DNA of 64,000 nt from Eledone cirrhosa (GCA_964016885.1 OZ024743.1:213032001-213096000); one strand, 5' to 3'. Positions 25,454 to 37,737 are shown, counted from the first letter of the stretch. Notes: a model not told the origin generated them from the sequence alone. Translations and numbers: made by a program.

Positions 25454-25632
25454 GTTAAAAGAATAGAGGTGTTGTTGACTGAAATAGAATAGCCTATGGT
25501 TCATCAGCGCGTGTAAGACTATACATTCCAGACAACTCTAAGGGAATCTAAAGCGACCGTCCAGCTACATGCGGCAGAGAGATGTCACAGCGTGTTTAGG
25601 GCAGTGAACCAGTGGTATATATATATATATAT

Positions 25633-25836
25633 ATAGGAACGAGTAGGACCCCGATGGCTGAACTCAAGCCGTTTCGACGGCTTATTCTGGACTAAATTTA
25701 GTCCAGAATTAGCCGTCGAAACGGCTTGAGCTCAGCCGTCGGGGTCCTACTCGTTCCTATTACCCACTCTACTACCCTAAGTATTGAGTACTTAGGTGCG
25801 TTATGGTCCACCTGGTTCCTTACCACATTTCCTTCG

Positions 25837-25838
<2 letters not shown>
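25633..25838 (+). mobile_element. Fold-back element family B (also 43759-43952 -, 45414-45569 +, 53047-53153 +)
   Basis: Palindrome 25633-25760 plus a 78-bp tail. It holds only the 3' half of an HHR (GAAA CGGCT..AGCCG TC GGGGTCC). All copies lie in (TA)n. Confidence 0.85.
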
Positions 25839-25905
<67 letters not shown>

Positions 25906-25910
<5 letters not shown>

Positions 25911-26093
25911 GTTTCTACTTTAGGCACAAGGCCAGCAATTACCCAGTGCATTACTGGTACTTTATTTTATCGACCCCGTAAGGATGAAAGGCAAAGTCAA
26001 CCTCGGCGGGATTTGAACTCAGATCGTAAAGGGACGTAACTATGCTGGAAAGCATGGCGTCCGACCCTCTACCGATACTGCCAATCCACCGCC
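25906..26093 (-). mobile_element. Young tRNA-SINE copy
   Basis: Almost identical to 42814-43001. Confidence 0.85.
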
Positions 26094-26109
26094 AGTATAT
26101 AATATACGG

Positions 26110-26552
26110 TATTTGGGCTGCCCTTTCTAGCTGCCCATTCTAGCAGCTCGTCCCTCAGATACCACTGGTTCACTGCCCTAAACACATATACAATATGTTG
26201 AAAAGGTAACACATTAGAGAGAGAAAGTGTGCCATCAATAAAACAGAGAAAACCACCAGTGTATAGAATCTATATGGAAGGCAGGGTAGACACACAATAA
26301 TTAAAAATATAAATTAAAATGTATATACACTCCCCTATAACTATATAACACACGCGCACAAATCCAAAGAGATCTGTTTCGCCAGGAAGTTGTTGACTGA
26401 AATAGAATAGCCTATGGTTCATCAGCGCGTGCAAGACTATACATTCCAGACAACTCTAAGAGAATCTAAAGCGACCGTCCAGCTACATGCGGCAGAGAGA
26501 TGTCACAGCGTGTTTAGGGCAGTGAACCAGTGGTATCTGAGGGACGAGCTGC
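26110..26552 (-). mobile_element. PLE-type non-coding element with inverted ends of about 43 bp (partial copy 25470-25617; inverted copy 30008-30510)
   Basis: GCAGCTCGTCCCTCAGATACCACTGGTTCACTGCCCTAAACAC and its reverse complement bound the unit. An HHR-like motif lies inside. Confidence 0.75.
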
Positions 26553-26577
26553 TATATATATATATATATTATATATA

Positions 26578-28733
26578 CCTTCTTGACTTAGTCGCTAACA
26601 TTTCCTTTCGCAAACACACTAACACCTTTCAAACGAAACTCAGAAACGATATTAAGAAATTTAGGTCTTCTAATAACACCTTCGTCCTTTCCGACAAAAG
26701 TAATAATATTTACGAAGTCGACAACACCACTTTCCGCCACCTGGCCCATAACGCTATTACTTCTAAATATAATAAAGCTAACCCTATGGCCTTCCACGAC
26801 ATTAATACAGAAGCCAAGGAACTCGCCACCGACCTTAAGGTAGATAAGAAACTACAATCTCTAGCTAAGCGCGAGGCGTTCCTCACCCTCAAAGATCACA
26901 AGGTAGACTTTACTTCTAACCCCACATGTAGACTAATAAACCCGGCACGCACAGATATGGGACTAGTCAGTGGGACTAGTCAGTAAGGCCATACTTAGAA
27001 ACATAGTTAAGACCATTAGGACCAAGTCCAACCTGCCCCAGTGGGAGAACAGCGACTCCGTAATTAAGTGGTTAAACTCCTTAAAATCCCCAAATGCGAA
27101 GTTCACACAGTTTGACAATGTCGATTTTTACCCGTCGATCTCAGAGACCCTGTTAAACAAAGCGTTGGACTTCGCTACCACTTATACCACCGTCGATGGT
27201 TTAGACAGGGAAATCATCGCTCACTGCCGGAAAAACCTCCTCTTCAACGACGGAGTAGCCTGGGCAAAGAAGTCTACATCTTCAGACCTGTTCGACGTCT
27301 CCATGGGATCGTTTGACAGTGCTGACGTATGTGACTTGGTTGGCCTTTTTATCTTAGACATATTACGTGTTAGATTCCCGGACTTCCACACGGGAATATA
27401 CCGTGACGATGGATTGACTTTATCGAGCCATAAAAGTGGTCACGACCTCGACCGGTTTAAAAAAGACTTAGCTTCTACCTTCAATGAGTTAGGCCTTAGG
27501 ATAACAGTAGCCACCAACCTCTCTAGCTTAGATTTCTTAGACATTAATTTAGACCTTCGCACACACCCCCACAGACCCTTCCATAAGCTAAACGAGAAAC
27601 TTAATTACATTCACAAGGATTCATGCCACCCTCCGACTGTTTTTAGAAACTTCGTTAAGAATATCAGTACTAGAATCTCAAACCTCTCCTCTAATAAGGT
27701 TATCTTTGACAGGGCGGCACCCTACTATAACACGGCGTTGGCTAACAGCGGCTTCTCACAACCTATCACCTACTCTCCCACTAGCAACAACACCATTAAG
27801 AAAAGTAAGCGCATCAATAGACAAACTATCTGGTTCTCTCCTCCCTTCTCACTCAACGTGAAAACCAATGGAAAACATTTTCTAGCCCTCTTAGATAGAC
27901 ACTTCCCCATAGGTCATAAATACCACTCCATCTTTAACCGACACAAAGTTAAACTAGGATACTCCTGCGCTAAGAACATGAAGGCCCACATCTCCAGCAG
28001 CCCTGGGAGCAACACCCCACCAGGGTGCTCTTGCCGTAAGCCTGAAGCTTGCCCCCTTCAACAGCAATGCAACAAACCAGCTGTAATCTATGAAGCTGTG
28101 GTCACTTCCAACCGACCAAACGAACCACAGGAGGACAAATCCTATGTGGCCATGACGGAGGGCCGATTCAAGGAGCGTTTCTTGAACCACAAGTCCACCT
28201 TCAGATACCCGGACAGACGTTCATCCACGAAACTCTTGAGCCACGTATGGTCCCTCAAGGACTCAAGTATAGGCTACTCCATTCAATGGAAAGCCATCAC
28301 TAAATCCAAGCCATACGCAAGGGGAAATCCGACGTGTGGCTTATGTATTGACGAACGAATAACTATCCTAAAGAGATTACGCAATAGTGATTGCCTAAAC
28401 ACGAGGAGTAAATTTTTCACACGTTGTCCACACGTCACCAAACATCTATTGTATAACTACAAGGCTCCGGAGTGATTCTTAGTAATTTTATTTTTAATTC
28501 TTTTAAATTTTATTTTCAACCTAAAAACTTTCCGGACTTTCGCAGTTATCTTCCTTACACTTCCCGCATGCAGTCTAGTATTGCTTGCGTGAAGTGACCG
28601 AGTTTCTGCGCATGCGCGTTCGTACGGTTGTCCTTCCTGTTCCTATATCCATACACATATCCCGAGCTGAAGATCCGCGAAGGTGAAACAATTGTTCTCG
28701 GTATGGTGAACTAACTGTTGTGTAACCACTTCT
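26578..28733 (+). mobile_element. Penelope-like retroelement (Naiad-like), 5'-truncated: RT, GIY-YIG and 3' pseudo-LTR
   Basis: TLKDHK..CRLINP, DFYPSI, MGSFD, YRDDGL, WFSPPFS.NVKTN, CSCR..CPL, VIYEA..YVAMTE.RFKERF.NH, CGLC and RCPH. A 13-bp duplication (TGGGACTAGTCAG x2, about 26958-26983) causes the frameshift. Flanked by (TA)n. The clade name is from motif recall. Confidence 0.9.
28662..28701 (+). ncRNA. Minimal type I hammerhead in the pLTR of the Penelope-like element
   Basis: CCGAG CTGAAGA T-CC-GCGAA-GG-T GAAA C-AATT-G TT CTCGG. Confidence 0.8.
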
Positions 28734-28764
28734 ATATATATTATATATATATATATTACATATA

Positions 28765-28802
<38 letters not shown>

Positions 28803-28949
28803 TATTTTCCGTTGTGTTGTAATATAAATATTACACACAGTAGATTATCAGCTCACGTAGAGTTTGCTCGACGGTTCCAGTTGTAGTTCCAAAAGTAATC
28901 CGGAGAAAAATAGAAAGATTTGAATGGATACAGTTTAGTTGAAAGGAAT

Positions 28950-29069
28950 TTATTGACACGTGTTTCTATAACAGTTACATAACCTAAAACAGCTGCTATC
29001 TACAAACTTTTAGTTATGCAGACATTCAATATTTCAATGTTATTATTTACTGTCATTTCATCAGAATAA
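28950..29069 (-). ncRNA. Type I hammerhead with long stem II insert, in PLE 3' remnant 28800-29340
   Basis: Reverse complement: TTATT CTGATGA a-ATGACAGT...ACTGTTAT-a GAAA C-ACGT-G TC AATAA. The upstream remnant encodes KSE/MLIKCKHKT, a PLE-like C-terminus. Confidence 0.7.
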
Positions 29070-29629
29070 TATTACTGAGGACCTATTTAGTTTTTATAGA
29101 GAATATTAGGAGGGAGGGGTGAAGTTGTTAGAAGAATAGTTGAAGGAGTGGTTTTTCGATAGCAGTGAGAATTCTTGGTGGCAGTGAGTAATTAGATTCC
29201 CATCTGTTGTTTTGACATTTTTTATAGAATATATTATTGGTTATTTTTCTAAATCTATAGAAGGATTAGAGATAGTAAAGATATGCGTGGTTGGTTTTGT
29301 GTTTGCACTTAATTAACATTCAGACTTAAATTTTTCTTTCAAGTGTACGTATCCTTTCACCCACGCATTCACAAACAAATATATTTGCACACCTCTACAA
29401 AATACATATACTCACAATTCACATATTCATACTTACATATATATACACATGCATACACATATATATACACACATGTATTCATGTACATACATACGCGCTC
29501 ATGTGTATACATTTTCATACTCAACTTATCTTTATATACACACGTATAGACACACATATATACATACATACTCTAGTCCATGTGTACACACATACACATA
29601 CATACACATCCATATACACATACATACAT

Positions 29630-29704
<75 letters not shown>

Positions 29705-29957
29705 TATAAGCACTTTAATACATGAATACACTTACATCTAACTATACACATCAAACATATATATATATTTACTTATTTATATACATTTTCACATATATAT
29801 ACATACTTATGGACGTTTTTAGACACATTCATTATCGCATATTTGTACCTATTCTCATCAGCATATCTTTCCATTATTAGTGTGGTAATTTAAGGTTATT
29901 AATATATGTTGAGAAGAGATTGTTTTTATATTTTTCTAACTAGATTAAGGTTTATAT

Positions 29958-30009
<52 letters not shown>

Positions 30010-30128
30010 CAGATCGTCCCTCAGATACCACTGGTTCACTGCCCTAAACACGCTGTGACATCTCTCTGCCGCATGTAGCTGGACGGTCGCTTTAGATTCT
30101 CTTAGAGTTGTTTGGAATGTATAGTCTT

Positions 30129-30211
30129 ACACGCGCTGATGAACCATAGGCTATTCTATTTCAGTCAACAACTTCCTGGCGAAACAGATCTCTTTGGATT
30201 TGTGCGCGTGT
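30129..30211 (+). ncRNA. Hammerhead-like motif with a non-canonical GUG site
   Basis: ACACGCG CTGATGA accatagg...cctggc GAAA CAGATC-tctttg-GATTTG TG CGCGTGT. Confidence 0.55.
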
Positions 30212-30511
30212 GTTATATAGTTATAGGGGGGCGTATATACATTTTAATTTATATTTTTAATTATTGTGTGTCTACCCTGCCTTCCATATAGATTCTATAC
30301 ACTGGTGGTTTTCTCTGTTTTATTGATGGCACACTTTCTCTCTCTAATGTGTTACCTTTTCAACATATTGTATATGTGTTTAGGGCAGTGAACCAGTGGT
30401 ATCTGAGGGACGAGCTGCTAGAAAGGGCAGCTAGAAAGAGCAGCCCCAAAACCACTCAAAGAAGTGTGCTCAATCAAACAGAGAGAGAGGAAAGACTGTT
30501 ATAAGGAGCGT

Positions 30512-30563
<52 letters not shown>

Positions 30564-30784
30564 TATTATTACTATTCTCCTCTATTGTTGAGAAGAAAAT
30601 TTGGTCGTTCCGACTGCTGCTAGTGATAGTTGCGGCCGGTTGACCTACCTCCCTCTGCATCTATCTTTACTTCGGCCCTTGAAAAAATTGATTCCACTTC
30701 ATTCACTCTCATCTCGGGAACAGTTTTGGATAGCGCTAGTTCGTAATTTAAATTCAAGAATTTTATATTCTTCGAATGAAAAGA

Positions 30785-30867
30785 ACCTTCTGACGAGAAT
30801 CTTTCTTTGCAACGAAGGCCGTATGGCCTCCGTTTATTTTTGGGATTCGAAACCGATCGGTAAAGGT
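30785..30867 (+). ncRNA. Canonical type I hammerhead ribozyme, copy 1
   Basis: ACCTT CTGACGA GAATC...GATTC GAAA CC-GATC-GG TA AAGGT. All core positions are intact, G10.1-C11.1 pairs, and the GUA cut is after 30862. Confidence 0.88.
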
Positions 30868-31268
30868 AACTATAGTAGGTAAAGTCAATTTTTTAAAATT
30901 TATTTTGAAACTTTTTCATTATTTGCTAAATCTTGTTTATATATGTTCTGGCTCGTTAATTTATTAACCTGCCATTGAACCACATTGGCATTTGGTTGGA
31001 CAATACATGCGCCCCTTAGCGCCTTGTGCGTGAAGGAACACATATCCTATTATTACTATTCTCCTCTATTGTTGAGAAACAAATTTGGTCGTTCCGACTG
31101 CTGCTAGTGATAGTTGCGGCCGGTTGACCTACCTCCCTCTGCCTCTATCTTTACTTCGGCCCTTGAAAAAATTGATTCCACTTCATTCACTCTCATCTCG
31201 GGAACAGTTTTGGATAGCGCTAGTTCGTAATTTAAATTCAAGAATTTTATATTCTTCGAATGAAAAGA

Positions 31269-31351
31269 ACCTTCTGACGAGAATCTTTCTTTGCAACGAA
31301 GGCCGTATGGCCTCCGTTTATTTTTGGGATTCGAAACCGATCGGTAAAGGT
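31269..31351 (+). ncRNA. Canonical type I hammerhead ribozyme, copy 2
   Basis: Identical to 30785-30867. Predicted cut after 31346. Confidence 0.88.
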
Positions 31352-31425
31352 AACTATAGTAGGTAAAGTCAATTTTTTAAAATTTATTTTGAAACTTTTT
31401 CATTATTTGCTAAACCTTGTTTATA

Positions 31426-31461
<36 letters not shown>

Positions 31462-31492
31462 TGTATGTATGTATGTATGTATGTATGTGTGT

Positions 31493-31609
<117 letters not shown>

Positions 31610-32199
31610 ATGTTCCGTGTATGAACATATATGAATAATATCATATAATATATATACATACTACGGGCTTTTCAAACCTTTTCAGAAACAAAATATGTTT
31701 CAGTACTGAAAAATTGCGGTCCCTACACCAACAAAATATGTCATTTCAAAGAGTACTACGCACATATTTGAGACGTAATATTTGCTACACACTTAACTAT
31801 TTAAAATCTTGTTTCACTACCTATCACGTTCACGCATGTACTGAATGTAAATATTTCTTTTGCAAATGTTACTTTAAAAGGTGACAGGCTGCAATGACGA
31901 CCATTTTATTACCCTCAAATAGTCCACTTTGAATTAGATTATATATTTACTGACCGACTCGTATCTCAAGGTTTGTTTATATCGTCTTCACTTTTCCCTA
32001 AGTACATTCATAGCCTCGTTATTATTTGTAACAACACACTCCTGAGTAGATAATACTATACTTCATTACGTTACGTTCCCCTCAGAGGTATCGTTTACAT
32101 GGCACTTAAATACATTATGTAATACTATGCGAAAACGAAATACAACCTCTGAAATATCTAAAGTTTTTATAAATCTCTTCTATGTATGAGCCCATAACC

Positions 32200-32900
32200 C
32201 CAGGGGAGTCGTAGGGGCGCTATATTGACATATGGCATTTTAATGGCAATTTTTAAACCTAGCGGAGCCCATTTCCTCTTCAGATCTGAATACAGCAGAT
32301 TTCTTCCAGAGAAGGATAGAGAGTGAGAGAAAGGAGGTGAGGAAGAGATAGGTTACAAGGTAACATAAAACAAAAGCCCTTCACAGTTTAGTCCCTTTGA
32401 TAGGTTTTCGTCAGTATTGGCTTAGGTCATGTTTAACTTAATAACACCACCTGGCGAAGTTTTTCAAATCATGATTTGCACTCCATGGCCCACTCAAGTA
32501 GATAGTTATTGTTTTCGGAGACATATCCGGGTGTAGGGGGTTTATCCGGAATTTCTTGGCGGAATTTGTCCAAGGACCTTTTGAATTTTGTGGGATCTGT
32601 TTCTGTTTTTATGTATTTTGGTGTAACGTTAAAGAGAGCCAGACCAGTTGAGGTGAAATAATTGTGCTGTAATGTTGTTATCACAATCGAGTTTCATTGT
32701 TGATGTGGGTGGATAACAGGGGGCCAAACCTTAGATGTATTTTAAAGATGATACCAACATCATTTGGGCAATGCTGATGGAATATTTTTCACATCATGCT
32801 AATAATTCAGTTTTCATGGAGATTTGAGGAGAGTAAAGTTTGTTCTAGTCGACTTCAAATAGTCAAGATATAAGATATTTGTCACTGATGTACTCAAACT
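32200..32900 (-). mobile_element. CR1/L2-group LINE 3' remnant
   Basis: GLALFNVTPKYIK..FKRSLDKFRQEIPDKPPTPGY, preceded by a degenerate LDY.SRL..LYS motif. Confidence 0.7.
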
Positions 32901-33384
32901 CAATAAATGATAGTTAAAAATACCACTTAGAGAATTATATACATATATAGAATAACCTTTACGAAGTTAGCTATGGGAGATTCCTAACAGAGCAGTCTAA
33001 AATAAGCCTACTTATATATACTTATATTTGTATTACATAGAAATGATTTCTACAGGACTAGAACTATTTCATTCGTATAAAATCACCAGGGATGTTCTGT
33101 AGAAGTCATTTCTACATAATAGATATGCTTATTCTCTACCAACGTATAGAATACCTTATTCAACTAGAAACTAAACAAATCTAAACCAAATCCATGCTAT
33201 CCGCAAACTCACGCAAACGGAGATCATAATTCTACAATCAACCCTACCTACAAAACAGTACTGCATTAGCCATAAAGTAAATTCAAATACGTTCTTCAAA
33301 ACCCCGCCCCAGCCTTCTCAGTCAAACAACAACCAGCATGCTCCAATATACAAACATGGCTGTCTATCTACCTATCTATACCTA

Positions 33385-36300
33385 TCTAGGTCGTACCTAG
33401 ATAGGTTTTTAGTTAGAAATAAGGACAGGGACTTTTTAAGTTGTCCAGAAATGCTCATGGTTGGCTATTCAGACCACAAGTTGGTGACCTGCATGGTCAA
33501 CCTTGATAGAACGCATAGACAGGGCCTCGGTTACTGGAAGCTCAACTTGTCCTTGCCGGCAAGTAGAGCTTACAGGGATCGGATTAGTACGTTAGTTAAG
33601 GAACGGTTGACTGGAGCGATCGTCAACAGCAGGTGGTGGGTATCTCTAACGAGAGAGATTAGAGTAGTCTCGATAGAATTTAGTAAGGTTCTAGCTGCGG
33701 ATAGGAATAGGAAGGAAAGGGAGCTAATAGATAGAGTAGAAGAGGCAACGTGGCCAGAGTGCTAGCGTCGAGAACGGCTTTGAGCCAGTTTTTCGACGCG
33801 AAGCACGAAGGCTGCGTTGTCCGAAGTAAAATACGCGCTCTAGGGAACGAGGGGACCAAAGCTGTTAGCTGGGCCCGCGTGACAGAGGCCAACAGTGGAA
33901 CTAAATCCACCATCCGGTCTTTGCGAGACCTGGATGGACGGGCGATTCTTGAGCCTAAGCAGATGTGTGAGGCCTTTCAAAGGCACTTTTCCCGACTGTT
34001 CGGGAGGGGCGGGGAGCCGGTTGGGAATGTGGACTTCGGTTCATACCTCGACGGCCTGCCGCGTCTCTCGGACAGGGAGGCGAAGTCCTGCGAGGAGCCG
34101 ATTTCGGCCGCTGAGATAGAGGACGTGCTGAGCCAATGCGGCAGCGCAAATCCCCGGGTCTCGATGGTCTTCCTTACGAATTATATCTAGCTATGCCGGA
34201 CTTGTTCCCCGATCTCCTCGAGGCGGTCTACTGCAACTGGCAACAGAACGGGAGAATTCCCTGTACTGTGACCAAGGGCGTAGTCACGCTAGTGAGGAAG
34301 GACGAGAACAAGGGGGACGAAATAAGTAACTTCAGGCCCATAACTCTGCTAAATACAGAGTTACAGATTTTGGCCAAGGTGCTAACAAAGAGGTTGGCGC
34401 TTGTCGTGGGCAACCCGGTGGGAGATGCGCAGACATGCGCTATCCCGTCCAGGTCCATCCATGACAACCTCCACCTCATGCGATACATCATAGAGAGGGT
34501 TGGGAACGAACCCGGCTTTGGTGGGGCTCTGATCAACTTGGATCAATCTAAGGCGTTCGATAGGGTCGACCATGGTTACCTGGATGCGGTGCTAGCGGCG
34601 GCAGGCTTTGGACCCGTTTTCAGGGGCTGGATCACTGCTATGCACAGCGGCCGCATCTGCTCTAGGGTCAAGGTGAACGGCTACCTCTCGGAGCCGTTCA
34701 AAATCGCGCGGTCCATCCGACAAGGGTGCCCTCTCTCCTCCCTTCTGTATGTGTTGACTCTCGAGCCACTACTGCGGAAGTTGGAGTTGTTGCAGAGCAT
34801 CCCTTTGGAACCGGGATTGCGGAAAGCGGTGTCGGCCTACGCCGATGACGTGACAGTAATGGTGTCGACGGCCTCCGAAATCGGGGCGGTCGGCACCTTA
34901 CTGGAGGAGTACGAAAGGTTCACAGGGGCTAAGCTGAACCGGGACAAGTCGATCGGTTTGCAACTCGGCACGTGGAGGGGCAGACCGATGCCCTCCGATG
35001 GCGTCGTCGGACGCTGGACGGAGGGCCCGGTGAAGTTGCTCGGGGTCTGGTTCGGACCGGACCTCCAGGTGGAGAAGAACTGGGCGGAGGTTACGAACAG
35101 GGTGTTTGCACTGACCCAAAAGTGGGCCAGTTGCAAACTATCCCTGAAAGGTCGGGCGGAGGTGGCGAACACCTATATAGCATCCGTCATCTACTACCGC
35201 CTGACCGTAGTGCCCTGCCCAAGGGAAACCCTCGCCAAGATGGAGCGCGCGCTCTTCCAATTCCTTTGGAAGAGGCGGGCTCCCTTGGTGAGGAGATCCA
35301 TCTGCTGTCAACACCCTTCGGAAGGAGGGCTGGGGATGCCGTGGCTAATGCTGCGTAAACACGCATTAAGGCTACGGTACCTCTACGTATTCCTCACCGG
35401 TCAACCGGTGAGGGCCTCGTTTGTGAGACGAACCTTTCCCAGACTCGTCTCACTCACCGAGCTGCAATCCTGGGTCAAGCAAAGACCGAGAAAACTGGGC
35501 GCCTGGCACACTGAGTGTGCCCAGGCGCTCACCGCCCTCTGGCAGGCGGATCCGGTTATCAGTGGAGACTCCACCGCAACATTCTATAGAGGGCTGGTAC
35601 GCAGCAGGTGCGACGACGCCCTCAGAGAATCCCTAGACATGGAGGAGGACGAACTGGCCAGCCTGTTCGGTAGGACATTCAGCCCGGGACCTATGGACAA
35701 CTTCCAGAAGTCCCTGGCCTGGCAGTGCTACCGAGGGGCTCTACCCGTTCGAGAAAAGCTCTACAGACACGGGCGCCCGGGTTGGGTCCCCGCCAAAAAG
35801 ATCTGTCCCAGATGCGTGTGCGACGAGGAAACCGTTGCACACGCATCGGTACACTGCTCGGGCGTAGCCGATCTGTGGGGCTATGTCGAACAACTGCTGT
35901 CAAGGGTGGGACCGATCCGGTTGACCACCGAGTCCATTGAAATGATCAAGTCGCCTCCTCCCTTCAAAAATGAAGGAGAGGCGGTGTTTCTGTGCGTAAT
36001 AGCCATGGTGAAAGAAGTTGTATGGTGGACGCGTCTGAAAGGACTGAGGTCAGGCACCTTTCTCTCTGGCCAACAACTGGTCCGTTTCTTCCGATATCAT
36101 TTCGGAAGAAGGATCAGGATGGAGAGAGAGGTGCTCCACCCCAGTCGATTTTATGAAAGGTGGGTGAAAGTGGCGAGAATGGCCCGTGTGAATGGGCCTT
36201 CTCTTTACATAAGCCTGTAGGTGGAAAAGAGGAAGGAACGAGGGAGCACCCCCTCTCTGTGCTCCTGAGGAGAAGGGTTGCGCACTTTTTTCGGGGGTGT

Positions 36301-36481
36301 GTGCGACCCCCAAGGCGCCTCCTCTCTATTGTAGATTTTGTTATAAATTTTATCTTGTTATATTTTATTTTATTTTTATATTTTGTTATTGCCTCCTCCT
36401 TATTGAGGACGCCTTGTTTTGTAAACTCCCCCATTGTACTTGTCCCACTTTTTGATGCCCTGGTGGCAAATAAAAAGAAAC
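33385..36481 (+). mobile_element. Tx1-type LINE, 5'-truncated ORF2 (APE end, RT, CCHC) inserted in (TATC)n
   Basis: SYLDR, SDHK, GYWKLN, and ORF 34136-36220 with QGCPLS and AYADD. Same family as 9844-15767. Ends in AATAAA with TATC repeats on both flanks. Confidence 0.92.
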
Positions 36482-36709
36482 ATATCTATCTGTCTAACTA
36501 TCTATCTGTCTGTATCTCTCTCTCCCCCCCTCTCTCTCTCTATATATATATAGAGAGAGAGAGAGAGAGGGGGAGAGAGAGAGTTTGTCATCTTTTTAAT
36601 CATATATATATATATACATATATATATGATTAAAAAAATGACAAACACAGAGATACAAAAACAATCAATGCTATTAGGTTCACTCTTTGGATGTAAGAGA
36701 AAAAGGAAG

Positions 36710-36744
36710 TTCAGCGTATCGGACTTTAGTCCTTCGTCAGGAGA
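36710..36744 (-). ncRNA. Degenerate minimal hammerhead (GAAA changed to GATA)
   Basis: Reverse complement: CTGACGA A GGAC-TAAA-GTCC GATA CG. Same type as 51098-51133. Confidence 0.5.
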
Positions 36745-36817
36745 GAGGAGAGTACAAGTAGAAAGATTAGAAAAAAATTAGGAAAAAATAAAAATAGAAA
36801 AAGGGGGACATGTGAGC

Positions 36818-36899
<82 letters not shown>

Positions 36900-37403
36900 T
36901 TGTGTGTGTGTAAGTGTGTGTGTGTGTTCATATATATTATACATGTGTGTGTGTGTGCGTATGTATATATGTGTATATGTGTGAACACCCAACAAAAGAA
37001 CCAACTGCTATTTCCACTATTCATTGAAGTGACTAGAATGTGTTAAGATGGCCCATGAAATCTTTATTGAGAGACTAGAACAAAACACCAACCACCATTT
37101 AAATATTACTGAGAGCTTATAGAATTAAACAAACAGATATAAATTACTCGTCTTTCTCTCAGAACAAAAGTTTTTAATGGTTTTGTATGGAATGGAATCA
37201 GGTTTCTGTAGACTATTTGTAATTATTGTATTCTATACGAAATAACAACACTAATTTGGTTTTGATTCTAACAAATGTTGGTATATAATACTAATTGCTT
37301 CGCTTAGGTGCAACTGCTTTTAATATGAAATTCTAGGGAAATCTTTGTTTGCATTCTGGTTTAGTCACAAGTCAGATTGAATCATTAGATGCCATTCTGT
37401 CTG

Positions 37404-37484
<81 letters not shown>

Positions 37485-37589
37485 GTTTATAATAAATACG
37501 AAGACTTAAATCCGAAGAGGGCTCGATAAGGATTGTATATATATAAAAGTATATATAAACCCGCAGAGCAAATATTTATTATTATTATT

Positions 37590-37683
<94 letters not shown>

Positions 37684-37701
37684 CGTGCGCGCGCGTGTGT
37701 G

Positions 37702-37737
<36 letters not shown>

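Larger units (their letters stand above)
30561..31427 (+). mobile_element. Retrozyme-like non-coding tandem (about 1.8 copies of a 484-bp unit) with two HHRs
   Basis: 30561-30945 is near-identical to 31045-31427. Flanked by (TA)n and (TATG)n. Confidence 0.85.

Noticed and set aside
30601-31366. Duplicated 93-aa ORF suggesting a tandem gene pair
   Set aside because: It has a TTG start and no recognisable motif, and it overlaps the hammerhead. Conservation simply reflects the recent duplication.
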